Shown: positions 12,201 through 25,602 of the stretch, piece by piece
Position numbering within the stretch: the first letter of the stretch is position 1
How the letters are laid out: each line of letters starts with the position of its first letter
NCBI GenBank assembly: GCA_051294905.1
Contig: CM119372.1
Location: 32,614,001 to 32,678,000, forward strand
DNA: 64,000 nucleotides
Source of the DNA: Botryllus schlosseri
Taxonomy: Eukaryota
Direction: 5' to 3'
Notes under the pieces: generated by a model
Database searches by the model: none
What the model was told of the DNA's origin: nothing
What the model saw: the letters and a program-made list of their open reading frames with translations, nothing else
Position numbers and translations under genes: made by a program

Positions 12201-15200
12201 TGTACTTTTTGAAACGACTTGAATACTTTTCAGATCTTAAATTTCTATTTCCACTACAAGCAGTTAAGACAGGTCTTGTTCATTACTAGTAGGCTACTTG
12301 TAATCGAGTATACATATACGCTGCAACTTCTTCTCTAGTCTAATTCCTAATTAGTGACTCATGTCCAAGTCAAAATCCACGTTCGTAATCACATAACACA
12401 AAAATCACAAATGTTCCATCCGCAAATCAATATCGCCAAAATAAACTAACGCTTTCGAAATTCGCACACGTACCAGTGTGCTGCATTGCACAGCCCATAG
12501 TCAAGAACGATACTGTGATACTGAGCATTATGAACACTTGAATACCAACGGCGATCCATTCCATATCCATCTCCTCCATCGATATAAGCTGGAAAAGTCG
12601 GAGGGCCCATAAAATTAAACATGACAGGATCAGAAACTCATAGGTAGACACTGAACTGGGTGACAATGCCAATTAGAGTGACAAATGATAATTCAAGTTA
12701 GGTCAGGCCTACTTTTGGTGGTCAGACTCGATTATTTAAATGTGCCATGCGAACGGGTCGCTCAAAATAACTTTATTTCTGCCACATAACAAATAGATGG
12801 GCAGTTTTGAATGTGTCGCACCAAAAAAAAACAAAATTCTGTCGCTCAAATGACACATTACTGAGGGAGAAGCCCAGATTTCAGCCTTCGGCTATTGCTA
12901 AGGATCGGCAAAGCAAATCACCAATTTCAAATCAAATCGGAATATTTTTGACGGTAACTCATTCAAATCAGGCATTTCCAATCCAGCCATATTTCAACTA
13001 TCAAATAATGTGACTCGAAGAGAATCAAAAGAAACTATCCTACTGCGTGTACTTGGTAATTAAACCATAGAATTGGATTGAATTCTAATTAGAAACGATG
13101 CGAATGCGCCTAAAATCTGCCTCACAATTGGCAAGAGTGAACTACTTCGTCTTTGATTTGAAACAGGACCAGAAGCGTGCGACTGAGGAGTGACGTGCCG
13201 ACAAACAAGGATTCAGCAAACAGAAAAACTAGAGGTACTTTATTACTGACATCACATACGTATTACTATTGACTTTAGAAAATAAACTTACTTTCGTGAG
13301 GGGAACGGTTGATATCTCTCCATTTGCCTTCGCTCTGCCAGAAATATATTGTATATTGTGTCGGCAATTACCGGCTATTAGGGTGAAGCACAACGTTTCA
13401 AGTACTCGGATTCGAGCCGAGTATCAATTGCAATGATTCAAGTGGGATAGCGAGAGTTCATTTTTATGAGTAGGCCTACTGTAAATCTGCCTTCACACCA
13501 CGAGTAGGGCCTAATATATAGCCGTATCTCATCATTCGGAAACATGTTGAACAAGGCCACAAATTTTGATGGAACAACATTTCTGTCAAGTATGCTACTG
13601 ATCGATGGTCACAATGTTCACACAATGCTGCGAAAATAGTCCTGGTTCAAAAGTAGGAAGTTATTTAGGATGTGTATTTTTCAACTTTACAATTCATTGT
13701 CACAGTTGTGACCTCATACTTTGCGATGGTCGAATACGCGACTCGAAGCTTAATACATGACTCGGAATCGAATTGCTGATATAATTGTTTTTGCAAAGTT
13801 CTACTCACAGTTAAAAAATCTACTCACCCTTCCAAAGTTAGATACGGATCACATTTTGTCGCGGAAACAGAATGCCCGTCAGCATCGTCCTCGCGCGTTC
13901 GCGACGTGTTACAACTTTGGTAGGTTTGCGGGACGACTTTCAGAACCGCCCAGCACCTATTATTGAAATATGAGAGTTGACAAACTTGAAGGTCAGTCTC
14001 GAAAGCATTCAATTCGGCTCAAATTAGATCTCGGTGTCTTATGCATCATCATGTATGCCAGTACATAGTAAACCTCACATATTTAAATAGACGTCTCGTC
14101 TACTATACTATAGTAGCGGTAACCTTCAGAGACATGTTAATAGAGGAACGAATACGAGACATCAACTCATTTATTAGTGTTTTATCTTTACATAGCAACT
14201 TCCTTTTGTCAGAATATTTCTCAACAACAATGGATTAGAATTCGGACCGAACCAGAACCCGGTATGTTCATCAAAACAGGATTGGTTCAGGAATCGCATT
14301 TTTTCAAGATGCCGGATCCGAAAAGGATCCGTAATTTCTAATTTACGAAAGGCAAGTAAGTAGACCATGAACCCTATATCATGTCATAAAGCCTTCGAAA
14401 GTACGTACCCAATTACTGAATCCGTTAAGATTCAAGTGTTTTATTCATCTATTCAACGAACAAGCCTCACTCTTCTTAGTATTTCCAATTGGGAAATAAA
14501 TATGAAATATCTTTGCCTATCTAAACGGAATGTTGATGCGCACCTGTGTTTGAGAACCACTATTATGGAGTTACAGTTTTTCATTCAACAGTTTAAAATT
14601 TAGGTTGCTAAAATAGTCATTGACAATGTTTGAATACTGGTAGAAGTAATGCTGGAAATTTCTGCTCGATAACAACTTACCACATCACATTCAACACAAA
14701 GCAAGTGCTGATGCCGGCTATCAATGAATTCCGAAAACCAACCATTTGACTACGAACGGGCTCGAACTTTTCAAACAACATCGGCATAACCTGAACAGAC
14801 CACAGAATTATCAAATTACTTCAGTACATTTCAGTGGTTTTCAAAGATTTGAAGTCTGTTGCCGTTGTGTGTCAGCCTAGTACCGCAATGTCACTCCGCG
14901 TTTTGGCCACCAGCACAAGGTGATATCACCTACTTAAAAATCCAGCTCAGCTGTACACTCGATGGAGATATTTTAATTTCGATGCTACCGGAATGGGCGA
15001 CGGAATGGGTCAATACTACTATCAGAGGCCACTTACACCCACTTTATGCAATCGATGGATTATTTTATAATAGCCAGTTGGCCAGTACTATTTTTTGGTA
15101 ATGCATCTGTGTAACCATATTCTTAACGTAGGCTACTTTCCTAAAATTAATGAGGATTGTTAGACAAGCATTGAAGACCACGGGTTCCTCATTCATGACA

Positions 15201-18200
15201 ACTGCAACATGTTCTAAGGATGATTTCCATTTATACATTGTAATCATCCTAACAACAGCACAATTGTACATCAGCAAATGGCTATATTTGATTTAGTTTT
15301 GATCATACGCTGCAAAATTGGTGCCTTAGAAACGCAAAAATATATATATGTCACGTCCTGCCCCAAAATCGACCTACGTCTCAACAGCATAGTCTTCTGC
15401 ACAAGTAACCTCCTTATGGTAGGTTTACATTGCCGTACCGTGGAATATAAATGAGATATGTGCACACTGCACAGCGGTCTGAATAGGGCGCTGCCTAAAT
15501 AGGGATTTTGACACTAACTTAACAACATAACCTATAGGCCTGGATCACTTGAAATGGATCAAAAACATATGCTATACGGCAGCATTAGGGCCACTAAAGC
15601 AGTAATTCTCAACCGGTATTCCATAGAACATTGGGGGTTGTCTGAAGGTCAAGACACACAGTCAATTCAGACATACGATTTGTGACGATACGCCCATCTT
15701 GGCCATCATTGACTGCAGGTGATTAGGCCGAGATTCCGATCGGTAGTCGAATTGTGACGGTTATGTCGGTACGTCATGTGCAGTGGCGTACGTATGGTGG
15801 GCCGTGGTTCAAAATCAAAACCCATTGTTCTGAAATGCCAATTCCACCTCCAACATTTATTAGCTCATTTATAATTAAGAAATTGAAACCCCGCTGCTGC
15901 TTTTCGACCAAACAATACAATGGCACTTTCCAAGGTGAAGCCTCGCATTTCTTTACAGAAGTCCATTGATTGCAATAGTCCTACTATCCAATACAAATGT
16001 TTTAGTCTTGTATGAAAATTATATTTCAATGTTGTTCTGTAATCGATGAATAGATGAGTAGTTTTTGAGGTGGATTTTTGATTTTATAACCACATAAATT
16101 TAGTGGACTAGCTACTGCAAAGGATTTTAAATTATTGTATGTATTCCGCACTACGCAGGTTAGCAAAGGTTATGAAACACTGCACTAAAGTATACATCTT
16201 AAGGTGCCTAGCAATGCCATATCAATACCATGCTTTGATAGGCTACATGAGCCGGGGTATATGCCACAAAAATAAACAATAACAGACATGAAATGTCCTA
16301 TTCCTACTCATAAGTGCTGCGAAAAAGGTAGAATTCAAGATTTGGAAGCAATTTGACACATAACTGAACAAGAGCTATCAATGAAAGAGCTACGCAGTGC
16401 TTCAAGACATGCTTCAAAATAAATCGGCATGTCACACGTTAGACAAAACAGCCGGAGCCTACACCTACCGCAAAGAAGGAAGGAAATCCAGCAGACATGA
16501 AGGAAACAATAGCCACCAATCGATATGAGAACGCCACTTCCTACGCGCTTACATGCAATGCTACTTATTCCAAATCAATAATACGAGCCGAAATGGAGTA
16601 AAAGAATAACAGTGCCAACGAAAGACAGATTTACAGAGATAGAATGGTAACGAAAACACAGAGGCGGTCAAAGTCACCAGCTACGTTCCTCAAATAGAAG
16701 TAACTTTATATTACAATTTAATGTCAAAACTATTCCAAGTAGCTAATTTAGAAAATGAAGGTCTCGCAAGTACCGAAGTAGTTTCATAAATAGATTGGGT
16801 CGAGGGACCACTTTCTCAATCAGAGATGGCTAATTTCGAAATTGCCAGATGCATCTTTGCGATTAATGTAAAATGACACTTGAAATCGGCGCCATCTTTG
16901 AATATACATTAAGTTGCTACGAAACGAGCTATATTCCACGTTTTGTATACAACTTCTCTCGTAAAAGCCATGTAAACTCGTGCTAAAACTACTACCTTCC
17001 ACTTAAAAAATTCCAAGGTCGCTTGGCCTAAAAAACTGTACGAGTACTAGTGGAAGCGTAGTCTAATAAGCTTAACCACCATAAGTAGGCAATACTGACT
17101 TGACTAGTCCGAATCAGTGAAACACTTGGTTTCCGACTACCTCTGCGAAAATATCGTAGCAGAACTATGAAATTACCCAGCGTCTCGGCTTGAAGACAGG
17201 CAGAGGATCATGCATCAAAAAAAGTACGTCACGACTTTTTTCGTCCAGCAATTACCAATATAATCCCAGACAGCGCCACAATGCCCATCAACAACGGCTG
17301 ATCTGTGAACCTCCAATCGTCGCTGATCTCATTATTTATAGCGGCCCCGCTGTATATAGTCACAACTACCTGTCAAAAACATTGCAGTGTAAACGACACA
17401 GCAAATCTTTGTAAGGTAAGGACCCTACCGTTACAAAAAGTAGAGTTCCCTTCGCGAGAGTCAAGACGGCGATACCCGGTTTTATTACGGTGTGTCCCAA
17501 AATTACGACGGCCGCAAGAATCCAAGTGAAATACGGCGTTATCATTGATGGCCTGTAATTTTGGATTGGAATTACTTTCGTATCTAGGGTCGGAGGAAAC
17601 CGTACCATGGAGCCATGCTTTGATGGAAATCAATAGTGCCGTAGTAGTATTGAGATAAGTTTCCCCAAAATTTATGAGCAAAATTGTCATAAGAACCGCG
17701 TGGAAAAGCATGTGTCACAGTAACTTGATTTTTTTTTCAGAGGTCACGCCTATTTATAGAGTCATTGAACTTATGCCTTGATGCATTTTGCAATTCCAAG
17801 TAGCCAGCTACAATTAACTGGTGAAAGTATGTGAATTAGTACCAGCGTTGTAATGGCTCGAGTCATGACTCGACTCGAGAATGTTTGCTGGCTCGACTCG
17901 AGTCATTTCGTTAAAACTGGAAATTGACTCGACTCGGATTGAGTCACTTTGTGTATTGAACCGACTTGTGCACGAGTCGACCATGTCATGCGGCTCGAGA
18001 AATTCTACGTGATTTGGTTCAAGTCTCGCGTGTCGGGGCCATTGAAAAATATACCTAGAACTGTCTACTAAATGATAAGAGTGAGAAAAATTCGTACAGT
18101 ATGCATGTGAAGCCTTCGATATCACCGTTGAAGAGTTTCAAAAAATCGAGTTGAACCTAACTTGATCTCAATAATGAAACGTGAACGCTATGATTAGGAC

Positions 18201-21200
18201 TCGAGTCTCAACACCATGCCTCGGAGTCTACCATTTGCTCCCTCACTTTGGACTCGGACTTGGTTCGGTATGAATTGAAAATGACGCGACTTGACTCGAG
18301 TCAAAACTATAAAAGCAAGATTGACTTTCGACTCGGAACCTTGTGACGTGATTACAAACCTACTTCGTACCGACTACTCACTTTAGTATTTTTCAGATCT
18401 TTGAAAACCTACTTCCACTTGAAGTAGTTTAACATGTCTTCTAAATCTCTACGTCAGTGGTGCTCGAGTAGAAATTTATAAAGCTACTTTCCTTTCTACT
18501 CGAGTAGCACCGCTGGCTATTTTGACTACCTCAATCAAATCTTTGGTCTGGCCTGCGAAATGAACTCACAATACTGGCAGAAAATATTGAACTTATATCG
18601 TATATTGGCAGGGATGTAATCAAGTCGCAAGGCTCCAAGTCATGGGTCAATCTTCCTTCTAAGTTTTGACTCGAGTCATTTTTAACTCGCCACCGAGTCA
18701 AGTCCGAATCCAAGTCATGGAGCACAGCGTAGAGTCCCGAGTACCAGTTATTCTGCTCACTGTTCATTATCGAGTTCAACTCGGGTTCAATTCATTTTTT
18801 GGAAATTCTCGGCTGATATCAAAGACCTCACATTCAAAATATATTCATCTTCTTACTTTTAATATGTTTATTGAAACAGATAAATCAAGTATCGGTCCTG
18901 ACGCAGGAGTCAATACACAAAGTTAGTCGAGTCGAGTCATTTTCCATTCTTAAGAAAATGACTCCAGTCAAGTTGAAACGAAATCATGTTACTTTAATCG
19001 AGTATACAACCCTGTACATTGGCATATTAGCGGTATCAGTCGGGGCTATATTCAATTTAGATATCTTCAAACTCACGTGACTCCAAAAATCTGAGCGTAA
19101 GCCTCCGATCCAGCAAGTGCATAAGAAATGATGATGACTATGCTGAAAAAGAGAGAATATTTGGCATATCATGCATGCCAGGCTATAATATGCAATACAA
19201 GAAGCGATACTCACAAATGGAAGAATATTACAATCAAAAACATAGGCTGCACCAGCGTCGGCATGAAGAGTTTCGCGATAGCATGGAAGTTTGGCTCGGT
19301 AGTGCCGCTCTCGGGGTCCGGATCTAAAAAACAAGGCAGTGGTATCGTTTTACGGTGATTTGAACGTGTAACTCTTTCTTCTAGGCTCCCACAATAGGAC
19401 AAAAACGATAATTTGTAAATTGACTATTTATTAGCAACGGGGGGCAAACAATTTCCTTACTCAAAAACATCGACACTGACTTCTCGAATCACCAAAATTG
19501 ATACTTTCTTAAAAATCGACTACCGGAATCTTCGTGCCCGTCAGGGTTGTAATGACTCGAGTCAGACTCGAGTCACGATTTTCGGATGACTCGACTCGAC
19601 TAGAGTCTTTTTCTCAAAATACAGAAATGACTCGACTCGAGTCAATCTGTTTATTGACTCGACTTGGACTCGAGTCATTCCGCATGACTCGAAGCAAGTC
19701 ATTGACTCGAGATTGAGACGGCCAAGACCGACATTTCATCGTAATTTCGAAGCCAACACACCATTAGGATTTCCTTTGTTGGTACTGGTGCTTGAAAATG
19801 CGACCAGAAACTGCTTAAAGTGAGGAAAATTGATATATTATAAATGCGAACCATTCAATATCACCAAACAGAGTTAAAAAAGTGGGTTCAGGAAGACTTT
19901 AACTGGAAACTGAGCAGTCAACACAATGACTTGGACTCGGACTCGAGTCATAATACCATGACTCGGACTCGAACCTCTGTTCGCTGACTTGGACTCGGAC
20001 TTGACTCGGTGGAAATTGAAAATGACTCGACTTGACTCGAGTCAAAAATATAAAAGTGAGATTGACTTGTGACTCGGAGCCTTGTGACTTGGTTACAACC
20101 CTGGTGCCCGTCCCATCTGCTCCCACTTGGAGCAGACATTAACGTAATGGCATTATTTCAAACACTTACGATGTTGGGCTTCAAAAGTAGAATACTCTTC
20201 TGTCGGTGCATTGACGACGCTGTTGGGATGATCAGTCGAGCTGTAAAATTTTTAATGAAATAATTGGCCGTACGGTAAATTTTTTTTTTGAGATTAAAAT
20301 CCAGATTACAAAGAGGGGTGTCGGATTGAATCCAGAGTCTATAATTTTACCGACTATCAACCCCAGTGCAAAATGTGTATAGAAAATATTTAGATATTTG
20401 TGGTGAAGTGGATGATAGTAAAGCTAGAAATACTATCGAAAAATAGTCCTACTGCTGTTCCAAGGTACATGATGATTTTCACGGAAATGAAGGTTTTAAA
20501 ATGCAGCATTGTAAATGGGAGCACTGACGCAGACTTGGACAACTAGAAAATGTTCAGCTTTTACAAATTAGATTACAATTAGATTACCGGTATTTCGATC
20601 TAATAAAGTGAAATTAGACAACTAGAATTATTTAGTTGTCCAAGTCTGCACTGACGATACGCCGCAGGCTACAAGCAGTTCTGGGCTCACTCTGAATGAC
20701 TTGAGTCACTACCCTAAAATGACTTGACTCGGCCTCAACGCATTAAAAATATGACATGACTCTTTCACGAATGTTTGGGTCCATTTTTAAATCATGAAAT
20801 ATTCTACATCGCGATAATATTAATCCTTTATTTACTGGATTCCATTTCAGTTTCCGATTTTGATATGATCAGTTCCACCACCAACAACATTACAGACAAC
20901 ACAGTTCCGACATGTCCTTAACTGCCGTAATAATGGATTTGACTGGCATAATAGAATTATAGGCCTACTACCATATTATATTAAATGGAGCATACATTTG
21001 TGAGCGGTCTTTCGTCAAATTAAGTAAATAACCGTGGTGATTGATGTCATCTTAGTATTTTAATTCCGAAATCGCAGCAAATGTAGCTAATTCGATGTAG
21101 CCTAGCCCAGTACTCTTGATATTTTTGGTGTGGTGAGCTCCCAAACTTGTGATGAACTCAAGCACACTGAAGACTTAGGAACACTCAATGTATGTATATA

Positions 21201-22996
21201 ATCACTGTTTATGAAAATGGTCGGCCCCTCTGTCCAAACCTGCTCACACCTTGCGTAAGAAGTTTGTCACGCACCCTTGCATACCTTTACGTACTGATGA
21301 ACTACTGGATATTTTGGCGCTTAGGTATAACCAGTTGAAGAGCACTGGTCTAGCCTACATGAAATTGTGCGTATGTATCAGTGGACCCCACATTAAAATC
21401 GACACAAACCAAAAATATTTAATGACTTGATATTGACAAGAAAATCCGGAAATTTTAGAGGACTTTGAACACTTGAATTGAATTTAATTATTTTGAAATT
21501 ACTCCACTTGACTTGAGTCAAAATTCACAAGGAATCGAAGATAGTGACTTGATCCCCACACTGGCCTCTACAGACTTGGGCTCTCGACAAGGCTACAAAT
21601 CCCAGAAAACATGCTTTGTCGTTCATAAACTGCGTTGGTCAAATCATTCCAACACATTCATGCAACAAAACTTCATCCCTCATTCAAGATCGTATGCAGA
21701 AATGATGCAGAATGCACCGACCTCCCACTTTCCTCCATGGAATCAGACTCGTCTCGATTCCGATCCAATAGCAAAGCCCGATCTGAGACGTCGTCGCCCT
21801 CAGCACTTGCGTAGTTGTGCTTGCTTAGAACCGTCCTGGCATATTGAAGAACGTCAACCATCTGGTAAATTGCGATGATCTGAAACAAAACAGTGACGTG
21901 AAACAATAACTTCATATCGCCAATATATTCACTGAAGGCTTTTTGGCTGACTTTCATCAGTAGGGATCCTCTGTAAAAGGATGAATCGAATTCGAAATGA
22001 GGGAAATACGTTGTTGTGTGATGTAATAATTACGAAGACAGACAACTGATAGACTGTGTGGTACAGTAGTGTAGGTACACAACAAATCAAAATGAGTAGC
22101 CTACATATTCGTTTATAACTAATATATGGATAGTATAATTATGTAGGCCAACTTTTTACCATTCCTGGCATACCGTTATGCTTGTTTTCATCATTATTAC
22201 ATGTCACAGACAAAAACATTCGCTTCTAGTGGTTGGAATCGAGCCAAATTTGGTATGCATCGTCTCAACTGACAGCCTAACAATTTTATAGGGTCGACGG
22301 AAAAATTTAAAAAAATTATTTTTCATGTTTTAGGCCTAATGATTGATTCAAAACTTTCTACTGCGAGAATTTCGATTCCACAAGTTGGAATTGTGTTTAA
22401 GTTGGTGTGAAGCGTTTTTTTTAACCAACCCAACAATTTTATCAAGTAGCCAGTGAAATCTGGGCATGGAGCACGTAGCCAGGATTGGATCTGGGCCAGA
22501 TATACGACTTCTGCCGAGTGAAATTTGGAAAGGAGTCTGAATAGAAATTAGGAATTTTTACACTTCAATTACCGGTACTAGTCCTTCGTAATACCGGCAC
22601 TAAAAATAATGATTTTACAGGTAATGTTCTATTCTTATACGAATACAACTATTTGTAGAAATATTGTGTGTTACGTGCAAGCATTGAATAAATTAGCTCT
22701 CTCTCTTTCACTCGCAAATTTTTCAAAACTAACGAGGGGGGTTCACTCAATGAAGTTGATAGCAATGGAATGTTCGTAAGAATCGCAACGATTACCTGAC
22801 CACACCCGATCCCATATCTATCAAAATGTTCGAGAATACGGTACGGTATATTAAAACTGACCTGCATTACAAAATTCAGGAAGAACGTAAGAACGAATGG
22901 GTAGAAGCCGGATTTGCTCAGAGTAGCAGGAAGACCAAGAATTCCGGTGCCAAGGATCGTAGCAATGCTGATAAAATCTAGAAATATACCATGCAT
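9217..22996 (-). CDS. Multi-pass amino acid permease-like transporter (Trp/Tyr permease or Aa_trans-like fold), at least 12 coding exons
   Basis: Exons read with GT-AG borders: 22996-22862 (IATILGTGILGLP), 21879-~21729, 19323-19215 (PNFHAIAKLF), 19142-19077 (ISYALAGSEAY), 17552-17429 (VLTLAKG), 17369-17256 (LMGIVALSG), 14790-14681 (VMPMLF...LNVMW), 13956-13828 (CWAVLKVVPQ), 13334-13292 (GEISTVPL), 12588-12474 (SITVSFLTMG), 11726-11572 (VAALDPK), 9438-9217 (stop). Phases are compatible at every junction except exon 2/3, where the donor is uncertain. Confidence 0.9.
9509..10076 (+). mobile_element. hAT-type MITE (CAGGGTTGTAA, GACTCGAGTC-rich family)
   Basis: TIRs CAGGGTTGTAAC/GTTACAACCCTG; homologous to 19542-20103 and 30505-31049; flanks do not form a TSD. 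Confidence 0.85.
10850..11445. mobile_element. hAT-type MITE, inverted copy of 5424-6006
   Basis: TIRs TAGGGCAAGTTTTTG/CAAAAACTCGCCCTA; degenerate TSD CTGAAAAC/CTGATCAC. Confidence 0.8.
15600..16182. mobile_element. Old hAT-type MITE in a transporter intron
   Basis: Termini CAGTAATTCTCAACC...GGTTATGAAACACTG; perfect TSD CACTAAAG. Confidence 0.7.
18609..19014 (-). mobile_element. Diverged GACTCGAGTC-family MITE in reverse orientation
   Basis: Termini CAGGGATGTAAT...ATACAACCCTG; TSD TATATTGG/TACATTGG. Another diverged forward copy lies at ~17843-18302. Confidence 0.75.
19542..20103 (+). mobile_element. hAT-type MITE (GACTCGAGTC family)
   Basis: TIRs CAGGGTTGTAA/TTACAACCCTG; perfect TSD GTGCCCGT. 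Confidence 0.92.
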
Positions 22997-23508
22997 TTCA
23001 GACTACAGTTCCACATGGGTTCAATAACCCACCCTATGTGTAATTATGAGTGTCTTTCAGGTGATGTGCCTTGAACAGTGGCGTGCCACGTAGTGATGAT
23101 GAACAATCTTCACAACAAGCCTAGCTACATATTGATTTATTTTCAACGATAAAATTAAGTTGATCATAACGTGATCTGTTGAAGGGGAATTTCGAGTGGG
23201 TGTTTATCAGTTTGATGACTATAATATATCGAGTGACATAAATACAGTCGATTTCAGGGGCAAGTTGACGGATGCCGCTTTAATTGAGTTATTCAAGTGA
23301 TGAATCATTTGAGTGGCCTAAATGCAGTTCCTTTTGATCATGAATTTGAATTTATTTGTCACTCAAATAAACACCATTGTCATTATTCACTGAAATGAGT
23401 TATCACTCAAAAATATGACATATAAATATACAGGATTCATAGTGAACGCATGTCCAGTTAAGCTTATACAGCCTGTGATTTTAGTCCACGGATTAACATT
23501 CAAAAGTA

Positions 23509-24679
23509 CACTACAAAAAAAATTAGACAAATTTGGTCTCAAATTTGAGAAAAGAGGATGATTTGGTCTCATTTTCAGCTATTTCAGTCTCACTGATGAA
23601 TTGAAGTCTTAAAATTGAGACAGATTCAGCTGTTTAAGACCATATATAATTGTCACAATTATTTGGTCTTAAAAATGAGACCAATAAAACGCATCTCATG
23701 AGACATGTTGTGCTTATTAAGACAGTTTTTGATGTGTCAATATTTTTGGTCTTGTTTTCAAGACAGATTTCGCTAATCAAGTGACAACATGATTTGTGGT
23801 CTTAAAAATGAGACCGGAAAGTTGACAGGGGTCAGGAGCTCTAAGACATAACAAGCTTATTAAGACAGTTTATGATGTGTCAGTATTTTTGGTCTTGTTT
23901 CTAAGACAAATTTCACTAATCAATGAATGACATGATTTGTGGTCTTAAAAATGGGACCGGAAAGTTGACATGGACCAAGAGCATAAAATTAGACAAATTT
24001 GGTCTCAAATCTATTTTTTAGAAAAAGAAGTCTCAAAACCAATTAGTCTTACCAAGTACATTCTGTCTCAAATCGTTTTTTTAGCAAAAAAAGTCTTGAA
24101 GACCAATTAGTGTTAACAAGTACTTGCCGTCTCAAAACTAAGACCCAACTTGATCGATAATAGAAGCACTGCTTTGGAGGCATCCTTTTCAATGTTAGGT
24201 TCTGAGTGAAGGGGGAGAGTGAGAGAGACCATGGGACAATACTTTTCTAAAAAGACTTCACAGACACAGCTAGCTTATCGAGATAATTTTTTATGCTTCA
24301 GTTTTTTTGGTCTTGTTTTTAAGACGAATTGTGCAGTATTTTTGGTCTCATTTTACCCACTCACCATAAATGCTATTTTCAACTAAGACAACCATATGTA
24401 TATTGATCTGAATAGTACATGTGAGTAGTAAGTGGCATGTACCTTGATTACTATATCTAGTGAATATCTTGTAAAGTCCTTAATACAGTATCATCCCAAC
24501 AGTCCAACACTGCAAATTCAGGTCTCTCTCATGCTTCCCCTTCGCTCAGACCCTAACATTGAAAACGATGCCCACCAAGGTACTGCTACTATTTTCGATC
24601 AATTTGTGATTGGTCTTTAAGACTTTTTTTTGTAAAAAATCGATTTGAGACCAAATTTGTCTAATTTTTTTTTGTAGTG
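23509..24679. mobile_element. Non-autonomous CACTA/EnSpm element
   Basis: TIR CACTACAAAAAAAATTAGACAAATTTGGTCTCAAAT with its reverse complement ending ...TTTTGTAGTG; TA on both flanks; many AGAC/GTCT subterminal motifs, an internal ~120-bp tandem duplication and an internal inverted repeat (~24174-24230 vs ~24521-24579). Confidence 0.85.
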
Positions 24680-25602
24680 TAGGCCTATAGGTATTATGTT
24701 CTGAATTCCAGGTAACCTTCCGCGGGCCACTCAAAATCGTGTCGTGGGCCCCATTTGGCCCGCACATTGTCCAGGTCTGCATTAGAAGTTCCCGTATGCA
24801 ATAAGATATCTGACTCACATGATTGCGCATAAAACAGGATCACTTTTCCGGAAGACTTCCAACCAGAAGACTGGACTTCCATACTTAGATAAGAACTGAG
24901 AAATAATGACTGGTTGAATGATCAATGTCCCGAGCAAGTAAGGGAGTTGCTGGTCAGAGTTCGTGCTATAATAGTGAGTCGACAATGAGTCGCATAAAAG
25001 TTTTCGGTAGTGTAGGCCTACCGTATAGGTGGTAAAAGTAGAAGCCTATAGCAACGTCCAATGTAATACAATGTAATTCGAGGGGAATCTAGCTTTGCTT
25101 TGCCTAGAATATAAAATAGATAAGTAGAAGTAGCCTACTCTAAAGTCATAGCCACTGTAGTACCTAGTGCAAACAAACAAAATCTACTTATAGAACTTCG
25201 AAAAGTATAGAATAGCTTCGTTACTGACCACATCTACCCAAGACATACAACGTAGAAAGTATACTAAACTGCAAAACTGGTATTACTCGTAGATTCTTAA
25301 TGGCTAACGATTCATTTGCTCTCTTCATTCACTACCTTGTAGGCCCTATTCGTACTTCGCTGAGTTTTTCGGGCGGGAGTAACAAAGTTACATGTTAGTG
25401 TGATTTACACAACAACAGCTAGATAAATCAATCTCATTTTATGAAAGCTCACTGGTAAGAGCTGTTATTCCATTTTTTAGAACAGGCCCGCGGGCGACTT
25501 ATCTGGTCCTTGCGGGCTACAGGTACTTTAGGCCCACGTTGCTGACCCCTGATCTAGAGTATAGAGCCCGAGAGAAGCACTGGGATGGCAATACCACTGT
25601 GA

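Noticed and set aside
17560..17711. Hydrophobic ORF 17373-17711 as a transporter exon
   Set aside because: The phase-compatible exon with family motifs is 17552-17429 in another frame.
19534..20263. Short ORFs rich in TRLES/SSQV (also near 30425-31118, 45535 and 61928)
   Set aside because: These are translations of GACTCGAGTC repeats inside MITEs.
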